A stretch of DNA of 64,000 bases, from NCBI GenBank assembly GCA_964016885.1, contig OZ024756.1:37634001-37698000 (forward strand), read 5' to 3'. The stretch's first letter is position 1. Every line of letters starts with the position of its first letter. The notes under the pieces were generated by a model. That model was given only the letters and a program-made list of their open reading frames with translations. It was not told where the DNA came from and searched no databases. Positions 51,493-64,000 of the stretch are shown piece after piece. The stretch is from Eledone cirrhosa. Lineage: Eukaryota. The position numbers and the translations under genes are program-made.

Positions 51493-51624
51493 ATGTATCT
51501 ATCAATAATGACTAATTATCAAAAACTAATTAATCACGAAAATGAAAAAAAGCTAACATCGATTAATGAGAAACATAATTATATAGCCGATACTAATTAT
51601 CTGGCGATTAATTGGTGCCACCCT

Positions 51625-52000
51625 ACATACAACCATTGCTACATGTGATTGTACAAGACCCATATTGCATCTATTACATACACACACACACATACACACA
51701 TACACACACACTCCACACTCATACACACACACACACACACACACGCATAGCCATACACACACACACTCATATATATATATATACATACAACCATTGCTAC
51801 ATGTGATTGTACAAGACCCATATTGCATCTATTACATACACACACACATACATACATAGCCACACACACATACACACACACTCTACACTCATACACACGC
51901 GCACACATGCATAGCCATACACACACACTCATATATATATATACATACAACCATTGCTACATGTGAGCTTACAAGATCCATGTTGCATCTATTACTGCAC
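51625..52000. repeat. ~160-bp tandem repeat (two full units plus a third unique core)
   Basis: CATACAACCATTGCTACATGTGATTGTACAAGACCCATATTGCATCTATTAC occurs three times, separated by CA-rich spacers. Confidence 0.85.
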
Positions 52001-53593
52001 ACACACACATACACACATACACACACAAGAAGCCACACACATGCACACATACACACATCCACACACACACACACACACACATACACATGCACATACACAC
52101 ACACACACATCCACACACACACACACACATACACATGCACATACACACACACAAAGCCACACACACACAGCCACACACAGCCACACACACACAGCCACAC
52201 ACACACACACTGCCACATACATACACACACAGCCACACACACATACACATGCACATACACACACACAAAGCCACACACACACAGCCACACAGCCACACAC
52301 ACACACACAGCCACCCAGCCACACACCCACACACACCCACACACACACATACACATGCACATACACACATACACAAAGCCACCCACACACAGCCACACAC
52401 ACACACAGCAACACACACACACAGCCACCCAGCCACACACACACAGCCATCATAGTACAAATACATTAATATAATCACATTTTTCATGTTATGTCCAAGA
52501 ATTTGTTCTGAAAGACAAGAAAATGCCAAATGTACTTTACTTTAGCAAATCTTAAATGTTTGGCCTTTTGAAGAGAAAAGTTGGAAGAAATTCTTCAGCT
52601 TTGGAGTGGCTTCAACCTTGATAGAAGATATAGTATTGGTGGTGGCAGTGGTGGTGGTTGTGGTTGTGGTGGTAGTATTGGTGATGGTGGTGGTGGCAGT
52701 GGTGGCGGTTGTGGTATTGTTGGTGGTGGTAGTTGTGGTTGTGGTATTGTTGGTGATGGTGGTTGTGGTGGTGGTAGTTGTGGTATTGTTGGTGGTGGTA
52801 GTTGTGGTTGTGGTTGTGGTATTGTTGGTGATGGTGGTTGTGGTGGTAGTTGTGGTGGTAGTTGTGGTATTGTTGGTGGTGGTAGTTGTGGTGGTGGTAG
52901 TTGTGGTGGTGGTGGTTGTAGTGGTAGTATTGGTGATGGTGGTGGTGGCAGTGGTGGCGGTTGTGGTATTGTTGGTGGTGGTAGTTGTGGTTGTGGTATT
53001 GTTGGTGATGGTGGTTGTGGTGGTGGTAGTTGTGGTATTGTTGGTGGTGGTAGTTGTGGTTGTGGTATTGTTGGTGATGGTGGTTGTGGTGGTGGTAGTT
53101 GTGGTATTGTTGGTGGTGGTAGTTGTGGTTGTGGTTGTGGTATTGTTGGTGATGGTGGTTGTGGTGGTGGTAGTTGTGGTATTGTTGGTGGTGGTAGTTG
53201 TGGTTGTGGTATTGTTGGTGATGGTGGTTGTGGTGGTAGTTGTGGTGGTAGTTGTGGTATTGTTGGTGGTTGTGGTTGTGGTGGTGGTGGTGGTTGTGGC
53301 TGTAGTTGTGGTTGTGGTGGTAGTATTGTTGCTGTTGTTGTTGGGTGTGGTGGCGAAGGTGGTGATGGCTGTGGTATTGTTGGCGATGGTGTTGTTACTG
53401 TTGTTGTTGGTGGTGGTGGTATTTATCTTGATGGTAGGGGTGATGGTAGTGGTGGTTATGATGATGATGATGGTGGCCACAATAAGGATTATTTATATTT
53501 ATTTTCATTTTTTGTTTGTCATGTTTTTGTTGTTGATTTTGACAATACCTACACTATATATACATATATATATGTATATAAATATATGTATAC

Positions 53594-53674
<81 letters not shown>

Positions 53675-53942
53675 AACGGAAAAAAGGAAACAAAATTTCA
53701 TTTCCCACTCTTAGTACGGCTGTTACTTAAATATAAGTATGTACACGTACATACATATATGTATACAGACATACAGTAGTATGTATATATATATATATAT
53801 ACATGAACACATATATATATGTACGAATGGATTCACCGAACATTTATTATAATGCTCGGTGTGTTTGTAAACAAACATCCCGTATTAAGCCGTACAGTGT
53901 CTAGCAACCATCGTTGCTCGTTTGTTCAACACTGACAAAGGA

Positions 53943-53985
53943 ACGCTGTACTAGTTTCAAGCTTATTAGCTATCGTCAGCAACGT
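53943..53985 (-). ncRNA. Compact type I hammerhead motif in a ~250-bp island flanked by (TA)n
   Basis: ACGTTG CTGACGA T AGCT-AATA-AGCT T GAAA CTAG TA CAGCGT; 6-bp stem I, palindromic stem III ACTAGT, GUA site. Confidence 0.83.
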
Positions 53986-54144
53986 ATACCTTCCTGGCAG
54001 ATTGTTGAACGTATATACTTACCTTATGCATATTAATGGCAGAGTGGCCCAATTTGCATATCGAGTGCATATATATATATATATTTGCATATATATATAT
54101 GGATATGTATGTATATATATATACATATATATACATATATATAC

Positions 54145-54177
<33 letters not shown>

Positions 54178-54196
54178 TATATATACATATATATAC

Positions 54197-54227
<31 letters not shown>

Positions 54228-54510
54228 CATATATATACATATATATACATATATATATATGTATATATATATATATACATACATATATATATATATGTAT
54301 ATATATATAGATAGAAATAGATATACTTATAAATGAATATATGTGGCCTTTATTTATATACATTTACATATACATACATCTCTTTCTCTCTCTCTCTCTA
54401 TATATATTTATATACACACACAGACACACATATATATATATATATACATACATACACAGACACATACATACACACACACATATACACACACACACGTATA
54501 TATATATACC

Positions 54511-54556
<46 letters not shown>

Positions 54557-56113
54557 TATATATACACACATACATACACACACACACACACACATATATA
54601 CACACATAAACATATTGTTGTAGCTGAACTATGTACTTTATTCAAACAACAGTTTACTTAATCAAAGTCGAATGGATCAGGCAATGGGCTTGACATTAAC
54701 TACTTTTATCTACTTCACAATTCCCTTTCAACATTTCACTATACTTATTGTTTCTACCTCTTTTTTACTCTTCATTTATTTTATATTTATATATTTTATA
54801 GTTTTTTTTTTGTTGTTGTTTCGTTGTTTGTTTTGTTTTTTGCCCATTATTCTTATTAATTCTGCTTCTTTCTTTCTTTCGTATTGTTTTCTTTTATTTT
54901 TTGATTTTTATGTTATTGTTTGTTGTTGTTGTTGTTTTACCATTCCATGAATATCCAAACAGAATCAATAAATGAAAGAAAATAAATAAATAAAAGAATA
55001 AATAGATGGTAAAAAAAAATGAAAATAAATGATGGTGACGGAGGAGGATAGATAGATAGAATAGATAGATAGAGAGATAGATAGATAGATAGATAGATAG
55101 AGAGATAGAGAGAGAGAGAGAGAGGGGGAGAGAGAGTGAAGAAAAATATATGAAGGTGAAGGAGAGGAAGAGTGAGACAAAGAGAAAGAGTGGAGAGAAA
55201 TATATGAAGGTGAAGGAAAGAGAGAGGGAGAGAGAGAGAGTGGAGAGAAATATATGAAGATGAAGAAGGAGAGGGAGAGAGAGAGAGGGGGAGAAATATA
55301 TGAAGGTGAAGAAGGAGAGGGAGAGAGGGGGGGGGAGATATATGAAAGAGAAATAAAAAGAAATAATGTGATAAATAGAAGAAAAAAAACAGATAATAAT
55401 AATATAGCAAAAACATCATAAAAAATGGAACAAGAAAAAAATTAGCAATAAAAATATTAGCAAAACATAAGAAAAATAATAAAAATGAAATCAAAACAGG
55501 AAAAAAGATAAAGAAAAACAGAAAGAATTTATAGAAAATAGTAAAAGAAAACAGAAAAATAGGAATAAACTACAGAAAACAGTAAAAGAGACTAGAAAAA
55601 CAACAAAAATGGGAAAAAACAGAAATAAACTACAGAAAACAGTAAAAAAATAGCCAAAAATAACCCGAAGAAAGAAAACGTAAAAAAACTGTTAAAAACA
55701 GTAGAAAATCAGACAAGAAAACAGAAAAAAAAGCTAGAGAAAATAATAAAGATATACACAAATTTAGGAAATAAATAAATAAAGGTATAAACAAAAGATA
55801 AAAGAAAACAAAATAATAAATAGATAAATACTAATGCATTAAATAAAATAATAAATAATAAATATAGAATAGATACATACTATAGAAAGAAAGAGAAAAA
55901 CAATGAGGAATAAATTTTTTTTTAATTATATAAAAAATAGCAGCAAAAAATGGTAAATAAATAAATATAAGAAAATATGTTGGGGTGGGTTGGTGGGCGA
56001 GAAATAGTAAAATAGGGGAAATAAGAGAAGATTGGGAAATAATAGGAAAAAAGACAATAAAAAAGTAGAAAATAAGACAAAACTATACATATATATATAT
56101 ATGTATATACATT

Positions 56114-56216
<103 letters not shown>

Positions 56217-56245
56217 GTATATCATCATCATCATCATCATATATG

Positions 56246-56293
<48 letters not shown>

Positions 56294-56681
56294 CACACAC
56301 ATATATGTGTGTGTGTATGTGAGAGTGTGTATATATGTATGTATATATATATATATAATTATGTTTGTTTTCACATATTTGTTGCAATTCTGTTACACAT
56401 AAACTCAACCTCACACACATACCTATGTATATATACATATATATATATGTAGATATATATATATGTATATATATATATGTATATATACATATATATATAT
56501 ACACACACACACACATATATATATATATACACACACACACATATATACACACACACCCACACCCCCACACACATATATATATATATACACACACACACAT
56601 ATACACACACATATATATACACACACACATATATACACACACACATATATATATACACACACACACATATACACTCAGATC

Positions 56682-56734
<53 letters not shown>

Positions 56735-57086
56735 CATAAAAAACAATAACAAGGAAGAAATATTTTATCATATACATATATAAAACGAAGGTTTTCTATT
56801 TACTTACTACTATAAAATCTATAAGATAATGTCAATAGATATACTTGTTTCTGTGTGTTTTGGGTGGTTTTGTTTGGTTTTTGGTGTGGTTTTCTTGTTG
56901 TTTTGTTGTTTTTGTATATATTTTTTGTAAAATCAATATTGACAGAGAAGTTGACAGTTGTATTGAAGGGTACAGATGAAGTGGGGCTTCTACTTTTTAC
57001 ATATGTACTATGTATGTATATGTGTGTATATATATGTGTGTGTGTATATATATATATATATGTGTGTGTATATATATATATATATG

Positions 57087-57306
<220 letters not shown>

Positions 57307-57400
57307 TATACATATATATTTATATATATATATTTATATATATTTATATATACATATATATACGTATATATATATATTTATATATATATATATTTATATA

Positions 57401-57485
<85 letters not shown>

Positions 57486-57486
57486 A

Positions 57487-57563
57487 CAGAGTGTCCCAAA
57501 AAATGTTTACACACTTCAACAGCATTCTAAATAAAGTGTGTATATATTTTGGGGGACATCCTG
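57487..57563. mobile_element. Tc1/mariner-like MITE
   Basis: TA-CAGAGTGTCCCAAAAAAT ... ATTTTGGGGGACATCCTG-TA. Confidence 0.75.
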
Positions 57564-57592
57564 TATATATATACACAATGTGTGTGTGTGTA

Positions 57593-57653
<61 letters not shown>

Positions 57654-57724
57654 CCAGAGTGTGTATTCAGTTTAGACAAAGAAACACCATATCACTGATC
57701 ACTGCAAGTTGTGAGAAACAACTA

Positions 57725-57845
57725 AATGGGTAGATGTCAGGAAGGGTATCCAGCTGTAAAAACATTGCCTCTCAAAAGTCCAGTCGAACCCATGCTAGCA
57801 TGAAAAAGTTGATGTGAAAATGATGATGATGATAATGATGATGGT
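57725..57845 (+). mobile_element. RTE/SINE-B 3' tail fragment
   Basis: AGGAAGGGTATCCAGCTGTA...CCCATGCTAGCATG...(GAT)n. Confidence 0.7.
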
Positions 57846-58060
57846 GATATATGTATTCATACATATATACCAACATTTGAAATGTAGTTGTCCCGACGTT
57901 AGTGACTATAATAATAGTCAATCACTATAAATAATAGTTGAAAAAGAAATGATATGATGTACATCTGGAGACAGAAAAATCTGGACAAAGGCATTCCTCA
58001 CAGGTGCCTCTGTCAAATCTTTTCTGCCTCCAGGGTTACTTAACACTATTTTCTCAACTA

Positions 58061-58192
58061 CCCGCCGAGGTTAACTTTGCCTTTCATCCTTACGGGGTCG
58101 ATAAAATAAAGTACCAGTCACACACACTGGGATCGATTAAATCGACTTTACCCTCCCCCAAAATTGCTGGCCTTGTGCCTATATAGAAACCA
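58061..58192 (+). mobile_element. SINE family A, 5'-truncated
   Basis: Core and tail match consensus. Confidence 0.85.
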
Positions 58193-58253
58193 TTATTATT
58201 GCTATTATGATCATGTAAGTCTCATGAAAAGTGATCGTGTCGGTGTCATGATA

Positions 58254-59420
58254 AAAAGAACATCCAGCCAACACTGTAAAGTGGACGTGTAAAAGACACG
58301 ACAAAAAGCACCCAGCCCACACTGTAAAGTGGACGTGTAAAAGACACGACAAAAAGAACATCCAGCCCACACTGAAAAGTGGACGTGTAAAAGACACGAC
58401 AAAAAGAACATCCAGCCCACACTGAAAAGTGGACGTGTAAAAGACACGACAAAAGAACATCCAGCCCACACTGTAAAGTGGACGTGTAAAAGACACGACA
58501 AAAGAACATCCAGCCCACACTGTAAAGTGGACGTGTAAAAGACACGACAAAAGAACATCCAGCCCACACTGTAAAGTGGACGTGTAAAAGACACGACAAA
58601 AGAACATCCAGCCCACACTGTAAAGTGGACGTGTAAAAGACACGACAAAAGAACATCCAGCCCACACTGTAAAGTGGACGTGTAAAAGACACGACAAAAG
58701 AACATCCAGCCCACACTGTAAAGTGGACGTGTAAAAGACACGACAAAAGAACATCCAGCCCACACTGTAAAGTGGACGTGTAAAAGACACGACAAAGGAA
58801 CATCCAGCCCACACTGTAAAGTGGACGTGTAAAAGACACGACAAAAGAACATCCAGCCCACACTGTAAAGTGGACGTGTAAAAGACACGACAAAAGAACA
58901 TCCAGCCCACACTGTAAAGTGGACGTGTAAAAGACACGACAAAAGAACATCCAGCCCACACTGTAAAGTGGACGTGTAAAAGACACGACAAAGGAACATC
59001 CAGCCCACACTGTAAAGTGGACGTGTAAAAGACACGACAAAAGAACATCCAGCCCACACTGAAAAGTGGACGTGTAAAAGACACGACAAAAGAACATCCA
59101 GCCCACACTGTAAAGTGGACGTGTAAAAGACACGACAAAAGAACATCCAGCCCACACTGTAAAGTGGACGTGTGAAAGACACGACAAAAGAACATCCAGC
59201 CCACACTGTAAAGTGGACGTGTAAAAGACACAGCAAGAAACTACCCAACACATATTGTAAATGTGGTTGGCGTTAAGAAGGGCATCCAGCCATAGAAAAC
59301 CAGCCAGAAACTCTCCTATATGATCGAGACACAGTCACCCAACCCAACTTGCCTCTAAATGGGACAAACCCGTCTAACCAATGCTAGCGTGGAAGATAGA
59401 CATTAATCGATGATGATGAC
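58254..59420 (+). repeat. 49-bp minisatellite (~20 copies) inside an RTE LINE 3'UTR that continues to its (GAT)n tail
   Basis: Unit AAAAGAACATCCAGCCCACACTGTAAAGTGGACGTGTAAAAGACACGAC; 59240-59420 matches the reverse complement of 46600-46770. Confidence 0.93.
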
Positions 59421-59831
59421 AATATTGAAGATAACAATATAAATTGCATACAAAGTTTGTATTCTAAATAAGGTGCAGTGAGGTGCAATGAGCTGCACTT
59501 TGTGGGAGGTGTAGGCAGAGTAGGGGGTTATATGGAAGATACAAACAGTAAAATCTTCACCATTTTGTTTATTTCTTTGGTTTTCTATTTAAAATCTGTT
59601 TTAGAAAATAATAATAATAATAAAGAATAAAACTAATAAGATTTCATTTATATTTCATAATTATATTCCATTTGTTTGTTTCTTTGCTTTTATTGTTATT
59701 GTTGTTATTATTATTATTATATTGTTATTGTTGTTGTTGTTGTTATTATTATTATATTGTTATTGTTGTTGTTATTATTATTATAATGTTATTGTTGTTA
59801 ACGACAACAATAATAACAACAACAACAATAA

Positions 59832-60021
59832 TTGTTTCTAGTTTTGGCACAAGGCCAGTAATTACCCAGTGTATTACTGGTACTTTATTTTATCAACCCC
59901 GTAAGGATGAAAGGCAAAGCTAACCTCGGCGGGATTTGAACTCAGAATGGCAAGGGCCGTAATTCTATGCGTCAAAGGATGCCATGCTTTGATGCATAGA
60001 GTTACGGCCCTTTCCATTCTG
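59832..60021 (-). mobile_element. SINE family A, partial with short internal inversion
   Basis: Core and tail match; 59940-59977 is inverted relative to 59988-60023. Confidence 0.75.
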
Positions 60022-60506
60022 AGTGGTGGTGGTGGTAGTGGTGGTGGTGGTGTGTGGTGGTGGTGGTTGTGGTGGTGGTGGTGGTGGATGTGGTGTGTGG
60101 TGGTGGTGGTTGTGGTGGTGGTGGTGGTGGTGGTGGATGTGGTGTGTGGTGGTGGTGGTTGTGGTGGTGGTGGTTGTGGTGGTGGTTGTGGTGTGTGGTG
60201 GCGGTGGTTGTGGTGGTGGTTGTGGTGTGTGGTGGCGGTGGTTGTGGTGGTGGTGGTTGTGGTGGTGGTGTGTGGTGGTTGTGTTGGTGGTTGTTGTGGT
60301 GGTGGTGGTGGTTGTGGTGGTTGTAGTGTGTGGTAGTGCTGGTGGTGGTGGTTGTGGTGGTGGTGGTTGTGGTGGTGGTGGTGGTGTGTGGTGGTTGTAG
60401 TGTGTGGTAGTGGTGGTTCTGGTGTGTGGTAGTGCTGGTGGTGGTGGTGGTGGTGGTGGTGTGTATATGAAAGTCACATATTGGTGTTGTTATTATTGTT
60501 GTTGTG

Positions 60507-60594
60507 TCTTTGCCTTTCATCCTTATGGGGTCGATAAAATAAAGTACCAGTAATACACTGGGTAATTGCTGGCCTTGTGCCTAACGTAGAAACT
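60507..60594 (+). mobile_element. SINE family A 3' part
   Basis: CTTTGCCTTTCATCCTTATGGGGTCGATAAAATAAAGTACCAGT... Confidence 0.82.
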
Positions 60595-60760
60595 ATTATG
60601 TCTTCCATTGTTACTGTTGTTGTTGCTGCTGTTGTTGTTGCTGTTGTTGTAGTCATTGCTGTTGTTATTACTACAATTGTTATAGTAGCCATTGCTGTTA
60701 TTGTTGTTATTACTGTTGTTATTACTACTGCTGTTATTCCAAATGTTATTGTTATTACTG

Positions 60761-60895
<135 letters not shown>

Positions 60896-60908
60896 TATAT
60901 ATATATAC

Positions 60909-61185
<277 letters not shown>

Positions 61186-61434
61186 TCTTGTATATGTAAT
61201 TTCTCCATCTAAACATCTGCCTTCATTGTATCAACCTTTTTTTATAAAATAACCTCCAAGATCACAGCTTCAGCTTTTGGTTTTTAATTGGAAATTCTTC
61301 CACTTTTCTCTTCATTTCTTGTCATTCTTACAATCTTTTCTTCCTTATTTATTTATTTCTTCATATAAATTTTTATTCTTCAGACTATTTTCTTTACATT
61401 GGAAGGAATTCTTACATTTATTTTTGTAATGTGA

Positions 61435-61658
61435 CAGTCCTGGTGATACAACGAAAAGCACAAAGCCGGCACTATAAAATGGTAGTGCTGGTGCTACAAC
61501 AAAAAGCACCAAGCTCACCCTGTAAAGTGATAGTGCTGGTGCTACAATGAAAAGTACCCAGTCCACCCTGTAAGGTGGCAGTCCTGATAATTCAAGAAAA
61601 GCACAAAGCCGGCTTTGTAAGGTGGTAGTGCTGGTGCTACAACAAAAAGTACCCAGTG
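61435..61658 (+). repeat. Degenerate ~48-bp repeats related to the LINE 3'UTR sub-repeat
   Basis: AAAAGCAC....CACCCTGTAAAGTG..TAGTGCTGGTGCTACAAC units. Confidence 0.6.
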
Positions 61659-61659
61659 A

Positions 61660-61920
61660 AAAACCCTTAGCGAAAACTAGGTACATACTATCAAGTTACA
61701 TTACATGGCCCCTAAAACCCTTAGTCAATACTAGGAACATACTATCAAGTCACATTACATGGTCTCTAAAACCCTTAGTCAATACTAGGTACATACTATC
61801 AAGTCACATTACATGGCTCCTAAAACCCTTAATGAAAACTAGGTACATACTATCAAGTCACACTACATGGCCCATAAAAGCCTTAGTGTAAACTAGGTAC
61901 ATACTCCCAAGTGATATTGC
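61660..61920. repeat. 54-bp tandem repeat, ~5 copies
   Basis: AAACCCTTAGTCAATACTAGGTACATACTATCAAGTCACATTACATGGCCCCTA at 61661, 61715, 61769 and onward. Confidence 0.88.
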
Positions 61921-62196
61921 ATAGAGAATCTAAGCCCCTTAACAAAAGTATATAATATATACTATCAAATCATACTATATAGTTTTTAATATCCATGTCA
62001 ACATAATATTTTAACATAAAGCTACTTCTCATAATTGCTTCTCTCTCTCTCTCTCTCTCTCTCTTGCTAGCAAGCTAGATAGGTAGATAGTGATAGTAAG
62101 AAAGATACAGGTTGATAGTTAGGTGTATAAATGGATATATAGAGACATATGTATGTGTGAGTGTGTATATATATATATATATATATATACATATAT

Positions 62197-62360
62197 ATCT
62201 ATCTATCTAAGGCAGGTAAAATTCTCGCGATCCATGGACGAGTTCTCTCCAGCGGTCTCTGTCCCTCATTATCACTGCCATGTCCTGCGTCTCCAACAGA
62301 CCAGTGTCTGTCCTTAGGGCATCAACATACGTTAACCTTGGTCTTCCTCTTCTAGTGTCC

Positions 62361-62362
<2 letters not shown>
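62197..62362 (-). mobile_element. 3' end of a different RTE-like LINE with (TAGA)n tail
   Basis: [29 protein letters not shown] is a typical RTE C-terminal motif (GRP...D....DR..WR). Confidence 0.78.
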
Positions 62363-62394
<32 letters not shown>

Positions 62395-62433
62395 GCACAT
62401 ATATACATACATGCCAATATATATGCATATACA

Positions 62434-62473
<40 letters not shown>

Positions 62474-62608
62474 TATATATATATACATACACACACACAT
62501 ATATATACATACACACACATATATATATATATATACACACACACATATATATATACATACACACACACACATATATATATATATACATACACACACACAC
62601 ATACACAC

Positions 62609-62639
<31 letters not shown>

Positions 62640-62730
62640 TATATATACATACACACACATATATATATACACACATATATATACACACACACACATATAT
62701 ATACACACACACATATATATATACATACAT

Positions 62731-62775
<45 letters not shown>

Positions 62776-62858
62776 CACACACACACATACAGACATATAT
62801 ATATATATACATACACCCATATATATATATATACATACACACACACATACACACACAC

Positions 62859-62946
<88 letters not shown>

Positions 62947-63269
62947 CTCTATATACAGAGAGAGGGAAGTTCCTTTACTGTTCCCACTCACCCCAGGTAG
63001 TTATAATACCACCAGTATATGTTGCAAAATGTAACTTGGCTTTTAACCTGCAACCCACCACCCCACCCAGCCCAGCCGCCCACCTTCCAAAATTTCATGG
63101 AGGGGTGTGGTGGGGTGGGGTGGGGTCGGGGTGGGGGTGGAATGGAGTAGAAGAGTTTTATTGGAGAAGAGGGTAGCAATAGGAAGTGTGTACTACACAT
63201 GTTTCTAAACCAAAATATTATGGGAAATTCTATTACATTAAGATGAAAGGAAATCCTATTTATTATCTA

Positions 63270-63344
<75 letters not shown>

Positions 63345-63371
63345 ATATGCATATATATATGTATATATATA

Positions 63372-63402
<31 letters not shown>

Positions 63403-63453
63403 ATATGCATATATATATGTATATATATAGAGAGAGAGATATATATGCATATA

Positions 63454-63501
<48 letters not shown>

Positions 63502-63551
63502 TAGATAGATATAAATATATATATATATATATATGCATATATACGTATATA

Positions 63552-63582
<31 letters not shown>

Positions 63583-63595
63583 GCATATATATATG

Positions 63596-63628
<33 letters not shown>

Positions 63629-63662
63629 GGCTTTTTGCTACAATATTTTCTATACCTTTCAT

Positions 63663-63716
<54 letters not shown>

Positions 63717-63738
63717 ATTTATTAGTATTTATATTCTA

Positions 63739-63806
<68 letters not shown>

Positions 63807-63834
63807 GTATATATATATATACATATATATATAC

Positions 63835-63868
<34 letters not shown>

Positions 63869-64000
63869 TTAGTTATTTGTGTATTTGTCTCTTCCCCATC
63901 AATAACAACAACAGCAACAATAATATCAACAACGTCACTGCCGCCATTAAAAACCAGAACACCACTAACACCAATGCCACCAACAACATCACCAATACCA

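Noticed and set aside
52581-53500. Gly/Cys-rich structural-protein-like ORF (GGGSCGCGIVG repeats)
   Set aside because: Compound (GGT/TGT/AGT)n repeat open in several frames and running into (TA)n; no signal peptide or splice support.
54052-54059. Octamer motif ATTTGCAT as an snRNA promoter element
   Set aside because: Single 8-mer with no recognisable PSE or snRNA nearby.

Overview
AT-rich, microsatellite-saturated eukaryotic DNA. The SINE/LINE repertoire and (TA)n/(CA)n/(GAT)n density suggest a coleoid cephalopod, probably an octopus (inference only). No host gene exon can be supported, and almost all ORFs in the track are translations of simple repeats. The only long genuine coding region is a 5'-truncated RTE-clade LINE ORF (minus, ~32243-34140) with an RT domain and a PHD-like finger. 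Also present: two tRNA-derived SINE families, piggyBac-like (TTAA) and Tc1/mariner-like (TA) MITEs, CR1-, R4/Dong- and L1/Tx1-like 3' fragments, and large minisatellites, several traceable to transposon segments in the same window. The most interesting signal, found by manual reading, is that many short unique islands embedded in (TA)n carry type I hammerhead ribozyme (HHR) motifs from about 7 distinct sequence families, as in Penelope-like elements and retrozymes. They occur as long foldback palindromes with an HHR in each arm, as candidate U3-A8 core variants, and as a 529-nt direct-repeat-bounded unit (7636-8340). That unit has a full HHR on the minus strand and a decayed HHR on the plus strand, a viroid-like ambisense layout. 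All folds were made by eye; no activity or expression is shown.
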